Of a stretch of 64,000 nucleotides of DNA, positions 11,267 to 26,400 are shown piece by piece. Source of the stretch: Naegleria gruberi (lineage: Eukaryota); assembly GCA_000004985.1 (NCBI GenBank), contig GG738872.1. One strand, written 5' to 3'. The first letter of the stretch is position 1. Every line of letters begins with the position of its first letter. The notes below the pieces were generated by a model. The model was not told where the DNA came from. It made no database searches and was given only the letters and a program-made list of their open reading frames with translations. The translations under genes and the position numbers were made by a program.

Positions 11267-13474
11267 TTAAGGTTTTCTTGGATTCTTGTTGAGTTGTTTT
11301 TTAACTTTCTTTGGAGTCTTGTGTTGACGTTTTTCTCTATTTTGTTCCTTGACTAGTTTTTTACGTTCCTTCTTATCGAGTTGGCTGAGAGGATCTTGTT
11401 GTTCAGAACTTGGAGTTGTGCCTTCTTCAGAGTCTTCTCTTACAGGAATACTGGCAGTCAATTCTTGTAATTCTTCCTCAGTCAATCCATATGGAATGTT
11501 GGTTGAACCAGTTAAGTTTTCATTGATGCCTGTTACACTCTTGTAGAAAAATACGTCATCAGTATCAATAGTTTCTTGGTGATCGAGTGGATCAGTAATC
11601 TCAATAAGTGATCTAGGAATGTGAACCTTTTTGAAAACTTCAGCTTGAACTTTTTCTTCCTCATTGAGGGCAATTGGTCTAGATTGAATCTTTTCAAACA
11701 TTTTGCTTAAATAAATGTCTACAATGTCCTCGGTAATATTTACATCAGTTATAAAATCAAAAAGTTCCTTAGTAGTCAAAATTTCTTTAAAGGTCAAGCC
11801 ATTTCTAATAAAATAATTCTTGATATTTTCACAATCCTTTCTCAAAAATTCCAAACCATGTGGATGGTCGAGTTCGACACTCTGAGAAACATCAATATAG
11901 TACACATAGCCATTATAGTAGAGCATATTATATTCACTAAGGTCAGCATGAATGAGTTTGGCCTTGTGATACATGGTCCACATTGTCTTGATAATATCCA
12001 GATAGACATCCTTCAATTTGGAGGGTGCAATCTTGGCATCCTTGAGTCTTGGAGCACACCATCCGTTCTTACCAATAAATTCCATGATGAGAATGTGTTT
12101 TTTGAGGGCGATAACCTTTGGTACTCTAATACCAACATTTTCCAAACGTTTGAGATTTCTCAACTCTTTTTCAGCCCAGACTGAAACCATCTTTCTAGGA
12201 TTGGTCTTACAATAACCATGCTTGAATCTACGATCTCCCGACACATATCTGTCTCTATCTCTGAAGAGCAAGGCACTGGTTTTGTAAATCTTGATAGCAA
12301 GATCCGTATTGAGAGGTTTTGTGGCTGGTATATTTTCACCATTTTCACTTGACTGTTCTACTGGCAGTGATTCACCTGTTGATGACAATAATTGAGGATT
12401 AACATCCTCAGTGGAGGAAGCTGCTACTGTAGTTGTTGTGGATTTTGTAACAGAGTGAATAACATTGCCTTCGAATGCTTCGCCTGCAGTAGCATGATAC
12501 ACATTGGCCTCCTTACCAGTACTCACACAACCATTGATACTATCCAAAGTGCCATTATTTCTAAACTTGTAGAGCATCATTATGGTATGCTTGTCTAATA
12601 CATTTTCTGCTGTAGCTCTATCAGCCATCTTATCTCCTTCCTTAATTTTCTTTTCAATTCCTTTTCTTTCACTTGTTTGAATAGCAGTTCTAACATGAGA
12701 AGGTAAATTAACTCGGGTGACATATTCTTGCTTTGGAAGTCTGACAGAATTTTCTTTTGGCTTTTCTTCTTCCATAGAAGATGAAGCAGCAGAACCAGAT
12801 GATAATTCTCTGTGTGAAAAGCTTGTAAAGAATTTAGTCATTTCCTCATCTTCCAAGTAATCATCACCTTCTTCCTCACTGTTGTAATCATCATCTTCAT
12901 CAATCATGTATGAAACATCCTCTTCCAATTCAAAATCGTCAAACAAGTTATTACTAGTATTGCGTCTTGACTTTCTTCCTTCATCATGCACCAAAACAAC
13001 CTTCAATTGATTGATCCTATTACATCTCTGTTGAAGATCATATCCAGATCCACCTCCGATTTGAATACTACCATATGTATCGGTGACAACTCTCATTGGA
13101 TGATATTGTGTCATTTCCCTCTCAGCACAGACATTGGCATACATACGATCTTCTTCCTCTTGAAGTGCAAGAGCAAGTCGCATATCATCTTCTTCCTGTT
13201 GTGAAATTGCAGCAGCAAGAATATTAGAATTATTAATTTCCAAGGATGATGACATTGGTGAAGTATCCATCATATTGTCTCTTTCATTATTATCATAATA
13301 TTCATCAGCATCGTCAACATAATCAGGAGGAGCTGATGATTCTTCAATAAAACCTTCGGAAATTAAAACATCAGTCTCATATTGCATATTACTTTGAAAT
13401 TGTGCCAAAGAGAGAGTAATCTTGTTATTCTTCTTGCCATTAGCATTACCACTAGTAGTCTTCTTCTTACCCAT
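11267..13474 (-). CDS. RIOK1: RIO-type atypical serine kinase, RIOK1-like, about 735 aa, single exon.
   Basis: RIO signatures are present: STGKEANVY, RFKHGYCKTNPRKMV, LIHADLSEYNMLY, IDVSQSVELDHPHGLEFLRKDC. These are collinear with the RIOK1 catalytic core. The N- and C-terminal extensions are acidic and Lys-rich. The first ATG is at 13474 (the track start at 13480 is TTG). Confidence 0.85.
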   Translation of the reverse strand: MGKKKTTSGNANGKKNNKITLSLAQFQSNMQYETDVLISEGFIEESSAPPDYVDDADEYYDNNERDNMMDTSPMSSSLEINNSNILAAAISQQEEDDMRLALALQEEEDRMYANVCAEREMTQYHPMRVVTDTYGSIQIGGGSGYDLQQRCNRINQLKVVLVHDEGRKSRRNTSNNLFDDFELEEDVSYMIDEDDDYNSEEEGDDYLEDEEMTKFFTSFSHRELSSGSAASSSMEEEKPKENSVRLPKQEYVTRVNLPSHVRTAIQTSERKGIEKKIKEGDKMADRATAENVLDKHTIMMLYKFRNNGTLDSINGCVSTGKEANVYHATAGEAFEGNVIHSVTKSTTTTVAASSTEDVNPQLLSSTGESLPVEQSSENGENIPATKPLNTDLAIKIYKTSALLFRDRDRYVSGDRRFKHGYCKTNPRKMVSVWAEKELRNLKRLENVGIRVPKVIALKKHILIMEFIGKNGWCAPRLKDAKIAPSKLKDVYLDIIKTMWTMYHKAKLIHADLSEYNMLYYNGYVYYIDVSQSVELDHPHGLEFLRKDCENIKNYFIRNGLTFKEILTTKELFDFITDVNITEDIVDIYLSKMFEKIQSRPIALNEEEKVQAEVFKKVHIPRSLIEITDPLDHQETIDTDDVFFYKSVTGINENLTGSTNIPYGLTEEELQELTASIPVREDSEEGTTPSSEQQDPLSQLDKKERKKLVKEQNREKRQHKTPKKVKKQLNKNPRKP

Positions 13475-14499
13475 TTTCAATAATTAAATTATTGCTATAT
13501 TACTAAATACTACAAAAACAATCTATGGATATGTTCCTCTTTTCAACTACCACTCAACTTCAATAGAACAACAATGGTTCTTTGATTCTTTTTTTGTTAT
13601 TACATACAATAAGAGTTCTCCTTGGAATTGAAGTAGGTTTTTTCACTTCCCGATACTGTGTATCTTGCTTTTGGTCAAGATTGAACTTGATTTTTATTTT
13701 TATTTTTAAAATTAAATTGTAGGATAAGCTGTAGAAAGTTAGTGAAGGAAATTTGAGATGGAGGAATGCTGTTTGGAAGGCTTGTTGAATATCTTGGCCA
13801 ACTTTTGAATTAAAAGTACAAGATGAATGTTATTGTTAGATTACATTATAGAGATGTATTTATTCATGTCTTGATGAAGAATGATAAAGTAGACGATGAA
13901 TAATTAATGTTAGGAAACATGTAGAAATTCAACTTTTCAAACTCTGGACAAAAGTTGAAAAACATGCAAGAACATCCTGTCTGATGTGGTACAATAGTAA
14001 ATCTTTGCCTTCCTCTTGAAATTGAACAAGTTTTCAAGTGTTTTTCGCTGTTGAAAATTAACCTTTCTTCTCCAATCCTTGATGGAAAGTTTTGACTTTA
14101 TGGAGTGATAATAGTGAACATTTAGAGCATGTTGATGATGTTTTTGTTGATGAAAATATTAAAATTAATAAATTGATTACCTTTTAAAATTTGTATTTCA
14201 TTGTAAAATCCAATAAAAAAATCCATATACACTCTATATGATCCAATCATGTTGTGTTGAAAATAGTTTTTCCATTCATGAAGAATTGACTTTGAAAATC
14301 ATCAATGATGTAAATTGTTAAGTGACGAAATTTTTTCTCAATATTTTTCCATTAAAAAAATAGACTAGGAATCATCATCCTATCATTATCTTCATAGTAA
14401 TTTTTGTTGGAGGACTATCATGAAATTGGAAATTATTTTTCATCAATAATTTTCCATATCAATTATTAATAACACATGTAAATTTAAACTACAAGTTTA

Positions 14500-17400
14500 T
14501 TAAATAGACAACAATTCCTTCTCATTAAGATTCTTTTGAACATGATTCTTATTTCTACTTCTCTCCTTCAACAAGTAAATTACAGCAATAACAACAGCAA
14601 CCAAAGCAAATACTGGAATGGCCAATAAAATCAATGCAACCAAATTCATATCAGGTTTTGGAGCAATGATAATATTTGATTTGGATGATTCTTTAGGGAT
14701 TGGAGTTACTATTGTTGAAGTTTCTGTTTGAGAAACAAGTTTAACAATGAATGAGCCTGTTGTTCTTGTTTGGATTGTGATTGACTTATCAGATTCTGAT
14801 AGAATTGTGCATTGAGTTGATTGAATATAAGTTCCATTTTGTAATTCGAAACATTTAGCTACTAAACCATGTAAATTTCTGGCAGATGGCAATTTTCCAA
14901 TAGAAATGGATGCAATGGTGTAATTATTGTTGAAACTCATTTGTTGATCATTGTTGAAAATGGAGAATTCAACACTCTTACTGACAGCTGATTTCATTGT
15001 TGTGGATTGAGTCTTGTAATACAACTTGACACTTTCAACTTGATCAAATTCTGGCATGGAAGTGAAATCTTTGGTGAGGTTAAAGCTAGTTGTGGAATCA
15101 ACATTTTCATTCAATCCTTCCAAAGTTGTAATACTGACAAGTCTTGCGTAAACATTCATATTACTTGTGGTGGTCTTAACAGCTGGCATATCAGCAACCA
15201 AATTCTTAATTTGAACATTGACAAGATCACTGAAAATTTGTTCAATTCTTGACATGTCATCCAATGTGAATGTTCTTCTCATTGTTCCAGAAATGTGGCT
15301 TGAGAAGGCATTAGCAGAATTTTGAGAATTTGCAATATCTTGATCATTCATCTTGATTGAGCTAGAAGTTGATGCAGTGGATGTGGTTTCTGAGAATTTA
15401 GAGACAGAGAATGAAACTGTTGAATCTGCCAAATTATTGACACAACCACCAATGGATGAAAGGACAGAAACCTTTGAGGCAACTGAATCAGATGTTTCAG
15501 CAACAACTGAACCTTGTTCATCAGCTTGTTTAAAATACTTATCAACAAAGGCAGTACCAGCAGCTTTCAATGCTTCCTTTTCTTCTGGAGTTGCTGCAGA
15601 GACGGATCCTACAACTGACAGAGCAGATGAAATTGAAGAGACAGTTACTGAACCTTGTTGAGATACAGTAAGTGCAGCAAGGGCTTCTTGTGGTGATGGT
15701 ACGGTGGTAACAATTTGAGTTGTTGTTTCAGAAGATGCACCATTAGCATCATAAACGACAACTTTAATATCCAAAGTTCCTGCTGGAAGTGATGTAGCAA
15801 TTGACTTCTTTTCAGATTTGGAAGATAAAATGCTCCATGTGCTGTCAGTGGTCAACTTGTACAAGAATTCATATGAGAGTGGAACTTGTGGATCGTACCA
15901 ACCGTTACCACACTTAATTTGGAACTCATCTTTCAAAGCAACACCTGTGGTTGGATTGACTTCAAGAATACCAACAGTTGGTGGTGCATTGACTGTGAAA
16001 GTAATATCAGCACTTCCAGATCTATCACCATCAACAATATTCAATGAAACCTTGTTAACTGCTCCAGGAACCAAAAGTGTCTTTGGAATTTGAATATATT
16101 TGAGATTTGTTGTTACAGAGCTGAGATCCAAATCTGAGGAAGACCAAGCGTAGATTCTGGCAGATGAGAGGGAATCTTGATTGGATGCTTGTAATATAAA
16201 GTCAGAGGATGGGTCAACAACTGAGGTGTCGCAACCAGTTGGTGGTACAATAGAAGCTCTAATAATCTTTGATTTTGGTTGTTCAGTGACAGTAATCTTG
16301 ACAGTTGCAGAGGAAGTTCTTGTCAATCCCTTAGAGAATATGGTAGTGAATGAATAGACACCAGCTTCCATTGATCTACTGAATTTGAATTGATCAGCAT
16401 CATCAATAATGGGATCAAAGCAAGGAACAGCTGTAAGCAAATTGACACATGACAAGGAAATTGATCCTGAGGTTTCTGATGGATTACTTGGATCTTGCTT
16501 TTCAACATTGAATGTCACAGGAGTTTCAAAGGATTGAGACATATCTCTAACACTGAATGAAACAATTAATGGCAATGCCTTGGCAGTTACCTTAAACGGA
16601 ACATTGACAGTGGCAGCTCCGCTTTGAGAAACTGTCAAAACAAAGTAATAATCACCTTCAACTGAAATCTTTGTAAAATCATTGCTGAAAACCAACAATT
16701 CCTTATTCTTTTTAACAGTCACGGTTGTGTCCACAGATTTGGCTCTGTCTAAAGAATATTCATAGGACAATGGGCCAGACCCTCCATAACAAGATGGGAA
16801 GGAAACTGTTGGTGAAATAATTGAAGTCTTTCCAATAATCATTGTACTTTCCAAACCTTCCTTAATAGAAACTGTTGGAGATGTCAAATCAGAAATTTGG
16901 AATGAAACAGAAGCTGTTGAATGTTGTTGAGAGAAAGAGCTAGTGACAGTGACTTGAACAGTATAAGAACCAATTCCCAAAGTTTGTCCACTAACCTTAA
17001 TACCAGATCCTGATTGACCAGCAAGTAAAACTTCAAGAGCATCGGCATCGTCAGTTGTTGGAGCGAGAATGGTTGACCAAGTGAAAATTAAACTTCTTCT
17101 ATCCAAAGAAACTGATCCAGAAGCATCCAAGTAAATAGAACCACATGCCTTGGAAACACTGGCCTTGTCAGCTGTCAAAGAAGCAGTTGGAGAAAGAGGA
17201 AGATAATCCTTATTCTTAATACTAACTTGAGTAGTTTCTTGACTTCCAAAGTAATTCTTGAATTGTAAAGTTCCACCAATTGAAATACTTGCAGATGGAC
17301 CTAAAGTAATTTCCATAGAACTCTTTTCAGAATTCAAAAGACATTTGGCACCAACTCCAAGAATTTCATGATTGACAATAAGATCAGAACACATGAATTT

Positions 17401-20400
17401 CTTCTTTAAGGAAGAATAAACAACTCCGTAAATGGAATCACCCAAAGTTGAAAATCCGAAAGAAGTCGAATCTACACTAAAGTCACACTTCTCACCAAAC
17501 CAACCACTTTCACAGCTTTCACATTGAGCACCAGAAGTATGAGCTTGACAAGCACAACTTCCATCCATATTACAACTTCCTCTATTATTACAATTCTTTG
17601 AAGGGGAACATTCGAATTGACAATCTGTACCAACAAATCCAGATTTACACTTGTTACAGAATTCTCCTGCCCAATTACCAGTACAACCACATTTAAATGA
17701 GTTATCACATTTACCATGTCCACTACAAGTCAACTCGTCTGAACAGATTTTTTCAGAACAATCTGAACCAGTAAAGGAAGGAGTGCATTCTGAACAGAAT
17801 TTAGAAGCATCAAATGTGGAACTGGAACAGACACAGGCATTGTGTGAGATACATTTACCTCTACCACCACAGACAAGTGCTGAGGTTCTGTCAATATCAT
17901 TACATTTAAAGTTTTGACATGATGTACCATCAAAACCAGTATTACATTTACAGACAGGAGAGTTGTTTTCGAGTACACATTTACCTTTTCCACTGCAGAC
18001 AGATCCGTCAGTTGCCTTAACACCATTACAAATTGGAATGTCACAGTTTGGACCTGTCATTCCTGTTTTACAAGAGCCACAAGAAGAGCCAGCAAAGTTT
18101 CCAGAGCAAGTACATGTATGAGAATCAGAACAAGAACCACGGAATGAACAACCACCTTCAGATTCCAACTTGCCGTTACAAGTTGACAATTGGCATTCTG
18201 GACCAGTAAATCCATTATTACATTTGCAAGTATTGACACCAACACATTGACCTCTTCCTGAACAAACTAGAGAATGAGAACTATCCTTATCATAACAAAT
18301 TGGTAATTCACATTTTGATCCTGTATAACCCTTTGAACAATCACAATTATCTTGTGATGAACATTTACCCTTTCCTGAACAAACTGATGAGGCAGTATAA
18401 GAAACACCATGACATGTGGTGTCTGATGGAAGGAAGGAGCCAAAGAAACAATTTGTAGTTGTGAAGCTATCACAAAGACCAGTAAATGAATCTGGAATAC
18501 TGGTCAACTCAGTCTTGACAACTTGTTCACAAACGCTCTTACAAACTTGAGTAGAGGTGGCGATTGAGTCACGTTTGGAGCATGATTGGAATTTCATGTA
18601 ACAAACAAATTTGGTCAATGTAGCAATACATTTTTCATCACAAGTTTTTCCTTCCTGTGAATACAAGTTAATGTAATTGTCAAATTGTTCCTTTGCCAAA
18701 GCATCAATTCTAGAAGCAGCTCTAGCAATCAATAATCTAGCATGAGATGCATTTAGAGCTCCACTGTTATAAACAGAATTCAAAACAGTGTAATCAATAC
18801 TAGATTTACAGAATGACAATGCAGTTGATGGAAGAGTGATACAATCAACAGAAGGTGTGTAAATGTCACAATTTTCACCAGAGTATTCACTTGGACAAAC
18901 TTTCTTACAAACACTATTTGAGGAAATGAAATCAGCAGCACATGATGAACATGGGACTTCGCCAAGTTTGGAAATGTATCCCTTATTACATTTACAAACA
19001 GCTTCGGTTGAAACGGCAATGTTAACAAATTGACAAACACCATTACCACATGGTGAAGAACAAGTTGGTACGGCTTCAATACATCTACCTTGTTTGTTTT
19101 CAAAGCCAACTGCACAGCTACATAATTTACCATTTTGAGTAAAACCACTTTCAGAATTACAGACACATTGACCAGTTGTTGCATTAGTCTTGAAACCCTT
19201 CAATCCATCACAAGTACATCCACTTGATCCATCATAAGCATAACCACTTGAAACATCACAGACACACTTGGAACCAGATTGAATAGTCTTGGCAGGACAT
19301 GAACTACATGGTTTGTTTTGATCAATTGTGACAAATCCATTCTTACATTTACAAACAGAGACAGTTGAACTAGCTGTTTCAAATTCACAATTTCCATTCA
19401 AACCACATTCAACATTACATTTTGGTGTGGTATTTCTAACACATTTACCTTGTTCATTCATTGTAAAATCGAGTTCAGAATTACAAACACAAACTCCATC
19501 TGAGAGAATCAATCCAAGAGTGGAATCACAATCAGAACATGGATTTGTCGAATCAGAAGAAACCCATTGGGCTTCACAAATACACTGAGTGAAAGTTGTC
19601 TTGTCGTCACGATATGCACAAACTCCGTGAGATCCACAATTGAATTCACAAACTGCTGGTTTTCTAATACATTGATTACCAGAAGATTGATAATTAGCAG
19701 CAACATTACAGGTACATTCACCATTAGAGAGAACATGACCTGAAGAAGTATTACAAATACATAATGAGTTGACTAAATCAAATCCAGTCTTACAAACTGA
19801 ACATCTGTCACCTTCAAAGTTGTCCTTACAGGTACATGATGCAATACCAGTTGAGTTTTCACAAATTCCATGAACACCACATTGGAGAGTACATGGATTT
19901 GGTGATTTTTCTTGACAAAGATCTCCGAAATAGCCTTCTAAACATTGACATTTGGCAATTCCAGTAACATTGACACAAGATCCACTATTCTTACAATTTA
20001 GAGTACATAGATTTGGTTTTTGAACAATATTTTGACATAATTCACCATTGAAACCAGATGGACAAACACACTTATCATTTTCACAAACACCACCATTCAA
20101 ACAATCAAGTTTACAACCTTGATTAACTGGAACACTACACAAAGGACCAGTATATCCTGAATTACAAATACACTTCTCTTCACCGGTCTTTGTATTGTTA
20201 TAGCAAGTACCATTCACACAACCCAATGAGCAAATAATCTCATTAACACATTGATTTCTGTACAAATCACAGAACTTTGCAGAGCCAGTTGTACAATGAG
20301 CATCACTTTCACAATCTAGTTTACAAATAGCATTTCTACAAGTAGTATAAGGAGTATGTGAAGAACATTCATCATTGGTTGTACAAGAGATGTCAATACA

Positions 20401-23400
20401 TCTTTCCTTATCTAATTGACAAACCTTATTAGCTGCTTGACATGGACGAGTTGAATTACATTCACTTTGACAAGTATTTACAAAGTCACTTGTGTAATCA
20501 GAGACACAGATACCCTTACTACATTGATAATCACCACTACATTCAGTTTGGACACAAACTTTGGACCAACATTGTTTGAATCCCTTCAAGTAACAATCAG
20601 AGTTGACTAAACATGGTTGATTGGTACATCTACCACCTCCATTGCTAACATCACAATATGGCTTATTAGAAGGACACTCAGAATCATACATGCATTCACG
20701 AGTACAGAGTCCCGATTTACATGTTGGTAAAACTGCATAACTGCAACCAGCATTTGATGTACATTTGATTGGGAATTGCACACAAGTCTTTTTAGTTCCA
20801 CTGTAAATGTTAAAATCACAAACATCAGTCAAAACACCATTTTTAACAACACCAATACAATCACGATCAGTATCACATTCAGGAACACATTTAGAATTCT
20901 TACAAGCAGTGTATCCATTTTCAGTACATTCACTTCTTAATTTACAAGATTTTGGTTCACAAGCATTGGATGTAACATTACACACTGGTTTACCAGCAAC
21001 TGAGCTACAATCAGAATCTTTCAAACATTGTGGAACACATCTTTGATAAGTAGCTTGGCCGCTCACTAAATTACATTTAGTTTTACCAAATTTAGAAGCA
21101 CATTGAGAATCACCTAAACATTCAAAGGTACAAACTCCTTGAGAACCACAGAATGAATAACCATTTTCAGAACAATCACCATCAATAGAACATGGTTTAG
21201 GAACACATTTTCCAATATCAACATCACATTTCTTTTTAGAAACAACTCCAACACAATCAGCATCTTTCACACACTCAGGAACACACAATCCCAAAGTAGC
21301 ATCTTGCTTAGTTGAACAGATAGGTCTATTAGTATATTTGGCAGCACAATAAGAATTATATGAACACTCAACGTCACAATATTTTCTGCCTCCCATATTA
21401 GATCCACAAAAAGGGTATCCTTTAATTGTACAATTGGCACTATCAGTACAAAAACGGACAGTACATGTGGCAATTGATGCATCACATGAAGAGGTAATTC
21501 CCTCACAATCGGCATCTTTCTTACAACCTTCAACACATCTATTAAGGGTCATGTCATCCTTCTTGGAACAAGTGTTCAATAATGGATTTGCACTCGATAA
21601 TTGACAGTCATTGTTGGAGCTACATTCATCTTTACAATACTTGTAATATGGATCACACTTGCTATATCCCTTATATGGACAATCAGTGTCATTGGAACAA
21701 ATCTTCTTCTCGCAAACTCCAGTAGGACCACAAACTTTTCTAAAATCTTTAGTACAATCACTGTCAGAGGTACATTCTGGTCTACAATAACAATCTCCAT
21801 TCGTACAGAGACATTCAGTATTTGTGGCATAACGACCGCACGGAGAAATTGCGGGATAACAAGGGACTTTAGAACATTTACCTCCGGAACCATTAGTTAT
21901 ACAAGATGGTCTTCCATAATAACCATTACAATCTGCATCATTGCTACATTCAGCATTACATTTTCTATATTTGGAAGTTTCATTCTTATTGGAACCACAA
22001 ACTGGGAAGTATTGATTCTTACAATCAGAGTTGGAAACACATTCATAACCACAAGTTCCATTTGAAGAACAAATTTGGAAACCCTTAGAAACACAATCAC
22101 TAGTTGTGGTACAATTGACTGCTTGACACAAACCACTTGTCAAATCACAAACTGGTTTGAGTTCATCCAAGCAATCAGAACCACTCTTACATCTCAAAAT
22201 ACAATTCATTCCATCCCATGCATAATCAGGAGCACAAACTGAACAAGTCAATCTGTCACTAGCACAAACTTCACAATTGTTTTTACCACTTTCACATGAT
22301 TCAACACATTTGTGATATTCCTTAGTATTTGAAGAGGACATTCCACAACGACTGTAACCAAAGAGCTTACAATCATCATGAACCATACAATCAACATCAC
22401 AAGTTCCATTTGAATTACAATTTGGATAACCATATGGAGCACAATCAGAAGCAGTATAACAGCTGACACCAACACATCTGAAAACACTAGTGTCACATCT
22501 TGGTTTACCACGAGATAAAATACATCCATCATTATCTAAACATTCCTTATTGTAACAACGTTGATAAGTTTGAGGATCTTTAGAGTTAGTTCCACAACTA
22601 GTTTTACCAAATTTGGTACAATCGCTGTCTACTGAACATTCAATAGAACATCTCTTATACTTGGTTGGATCACTCTTATCATTATTACAGTAAGGGAGAT
22701 TGGCTGGACAATCAGCGTTAGTCAAACATTCGAATGCACAATTTCCATCAAGTCCACATTTAAAGAAACCTTGAGCTTGACAAGATTCATTCGAAGTACA
22801 ACTAGTTCCAATACAATATCCATTAACCAAATCACAATTTGGCATGGTTTCAGTACAATTCAAATTACTGGTACATTTTTTCTTTTCGCATCTAGCTCCA
22901 AAATAGGAATCTGTGCAATTACAAACTTCTCCATTTAAGGTATACAAACATTCGCCACCATTGACACAGGTCAAGGTTGAACATTTCTTCAAATTTTCAC
23001 AGTTAGTTCCTTCATATAACTTGGTACAGTTACAAGCATCTTGTGAAATACATGATCCTCTTCCAGAACAAACATTTCCATTATTGGAAGGTGTTCCATG
23101 ACATTTTGGAATACATTTTTCATAACTGATACAAGAACCTCCATTACAAACAGCTGGATCAGTAGAATTTAATCCACCACAAGTTGGAATTTGGCATTCT
23201 TCTCCAACATATCCAGTTGTACAATTACACAAATTAGGAGAAACACATTTACCATTCAAGGAACAAGCTGAGTTGCCAGTCTTTCCAAAACAGATTGGAA
23301 TAGAACAGTTACTACCAATGTAACCTTCATTACACGTACAAACGTTTCTCTTGTTACAAGCACCATTACCTGAACAAACATTTGAACTAGTACTGTTAAT

Positions 23401-26400
23401 ACCAAAACAAGTAATAAAAGTATTTACACATTTACGGTATTGAGAAGTAACATTACGAACAGAACCACAAGTAGTTTCATAATGCTCGAGAGTTGGACAA
23501 TCTTGATCGACCAAGCATTCATAAGAACAGAAACCATTCAAACAAACTGAAAGTCCATTCGAATAACATTGAGTTTCATTCGAACAAGGAACAGCAGTAC
23601 AACTTTCTTGAACACAAAGTGGTTTTGTAACGTTATAACAATGAGAATTAGTGAGACACTCCTTTCCACATTGTTTGTAAGTGAATCCATTTGAAAATTC
23701 ATGGCAATAGGTCTTATCTTGATATAACAAGGCACAATCATCGTTAGTTTCACATTCGAAACCACAAGTACCATCATCAGAACAATTAGAATAACCAGTA
23801 ATATTCAGAGAGACACAATCAGAACTAGAAGAGCAAACATTTGGAACACAGGTGTTGTTTTGACAAGAAGTTTGATACATTTCATAAATTAATGGATTCA
23901 AACAATCACTATCTAATGCACATTGCTTAATTTCACATCGGTCTCCAGTAAATAAAGAACCACATTTACAATATTCAGTACCGTTTTTGATTCTACAAAT
24001 ACCTCCATTGTCACATGTCTTTGTGCATGGAAGAACTGTTTGACATTGCGTTCCAGTGAAGGATTCACCACATTGACACTTGTCTAAACCGATACATGCA
24101 CCATTTCCGTTACAAGCAGTATCAATTGATTTACCAAAACAGGTAAAAACTTCACAATCAGTTCCAGAGGATCCTGTAAAGCAGCTACATTTTGGATCTT
24201 CAAATTTAGAACTACTTGTCAAACCAGTTCTACAGTAACCATTTCCACTACAAACGCTACTGTCATTTGCTAGCTTTCCAGTACAATTAACTTGACATGC
24301 ACTTAAGGAATTTCCAGCTGTTTTGAAAGAATATCCAGAACAACTAATTGGATAGAGTTCATAAATATTACTTCCCATAGAGTAGAAAACAGATGATGTC
24401 TCTCCAAGAGCAAGAGCTGAAGGTGTGCCTGCTAATGATGAAGCAATTGAGTAAGGAATTGTTGACATTCCAATAGTATATAACATAATGTTCGTACCAG
24501 CGACAATGTAAAGAATACCATTTTTGGTTACTTTCATATATTCAACAGATGATGAAGTGGTGAAACTGTAATCAACTGAATTGTAACCCTTATAGGCAGA
24601 GACAGTTGTTGTGTAGGACACAAATGGTTTTCCATAAATGGCCATTCTACCACCAGGTTTTCCACTAAGAACTCCACCAACAGGACCGTCATTGAAAAGT
24701 GAATCAACATTACCATATTGCACGTCACCTTCTCCTGAAAGACGTCCGGCAACATAAACGACAGTATCATCTTCATTCAATGTTATAGAGCTGGTTCTCC
24801 AAAAACTGAATTTTCCACCTACTCTGCTCTTGGTAACCAAATCATATCTGAAAACGAAACAGGAAGTTGTAGAAAAGTCCTTCCTGACAGAATAATACAT
24901 GTATCTTCCATTCTTACTGATGGCCATATTGTAAAATGTGTAACTGGTTGTTAGAATTAAGGTTTTGGTTCCACTAGCAGTCATTGAAACAATTTCGGTA
25001 TCGAACATTATATAATAAACACCATTGACATATGCCATGTCAACAATGGTGGCACCAGCACTCAATACTTGTTTGGAGGCATAATTGTAGTAACCAGTAT
25101 GAACTGGCCAGTATGTTGGTAAAACTTGACATGTGTTAGGACCTATACATTTCAATCCATCACAAACTGAACCAATATTTGAAGAATTACTCAAGACTCC
25201 ACTGCAGGAGGTAACATCACAATTAGATCCAATCCAACCTTCCTTACATTCACAATTGTTCATTCCGACACATTTACCATTTCCAGAACAAGTATTCGAA
25301 ACTGTTTTAGGAATATTAGAACAACTATAAATATCACAAGCATCACCAAAATATCCACTCTTGCATGAACAATAAGGTTTCATAACATTAGTAATACATG
25401 TACCATTTCCACTACAGACATTGACATCTGATGCTAAAATACCATTACATTGTGGTTGGGAACAATTACTGCCTGTCCATCCTTGAGAACAGGAACAATT
25501 ATTATCAATACAAACACCATGACCAGAACAAACCAAAGTATTTGTACTAAGTAATCCATCACAGGTGTATGTACAAACTTCAGATGAATTAATGTATAAA
25601 CATTTGGCAGTTTCTGAACAGTTAGTATTGACACAAGGTTGTGAAAATTCACAATTACTTCCAGAACGACCAGTGTTACATTTACAATTATTCATTGAGG
25701 TACAAACACCTTCTCCAGAACAAACACCTTGACTAGAAGCTCCAACACCATTACAAGTGTGCTCACAAACATTTGGTCCAATACACTTGACATTAGTACC
25801 GTATTTGGCACATCCCAATGTTGATGTAGCAGAAATTCCAGAACATGTGAAATTGAGACATAATGAACCTTCATAACCATCGAAACAAGAACACTTGTCA
25901 GTTCTGACACAAGTACCATTTCCACTGCAAACACTTGGATTTGATGAGTTTTTACCATAGCAATACTTGAATTCACATTCAGAACCTGTATAACCAGAGA
26001 AACATGAGCAAGCAGAATATAAAGGAGTTGAACTAGTTGACTGTCCAAGTTCTGCATTGAAAACTGTTACAGTTGAGCCAACATTAATTGCACATGATCC
26101 TCCTCCATTACAAACATTAGAATCGGATGATATTAAACCATTACATGTAACATCACATGTTGTTTGATCCACTACAGCATTTTGTGAACATCCAGTGACT
26201 GTAAGCTTTCTTACTACATTACTAGAATCAGTAAAGTAAATATTTCCATATTCATCAAAAGTCATTTCATAAGAGTAAAGTTGAGCAGAAAGAGCTGGAC
26301 CGTTATCACCAGTATTTCCATTGGTACCTATACCTGCAATTGTCAATTCAGTGTTAGGAATATATTTTCTAATTGTATTACCGTAATAGGTAAATACTTC

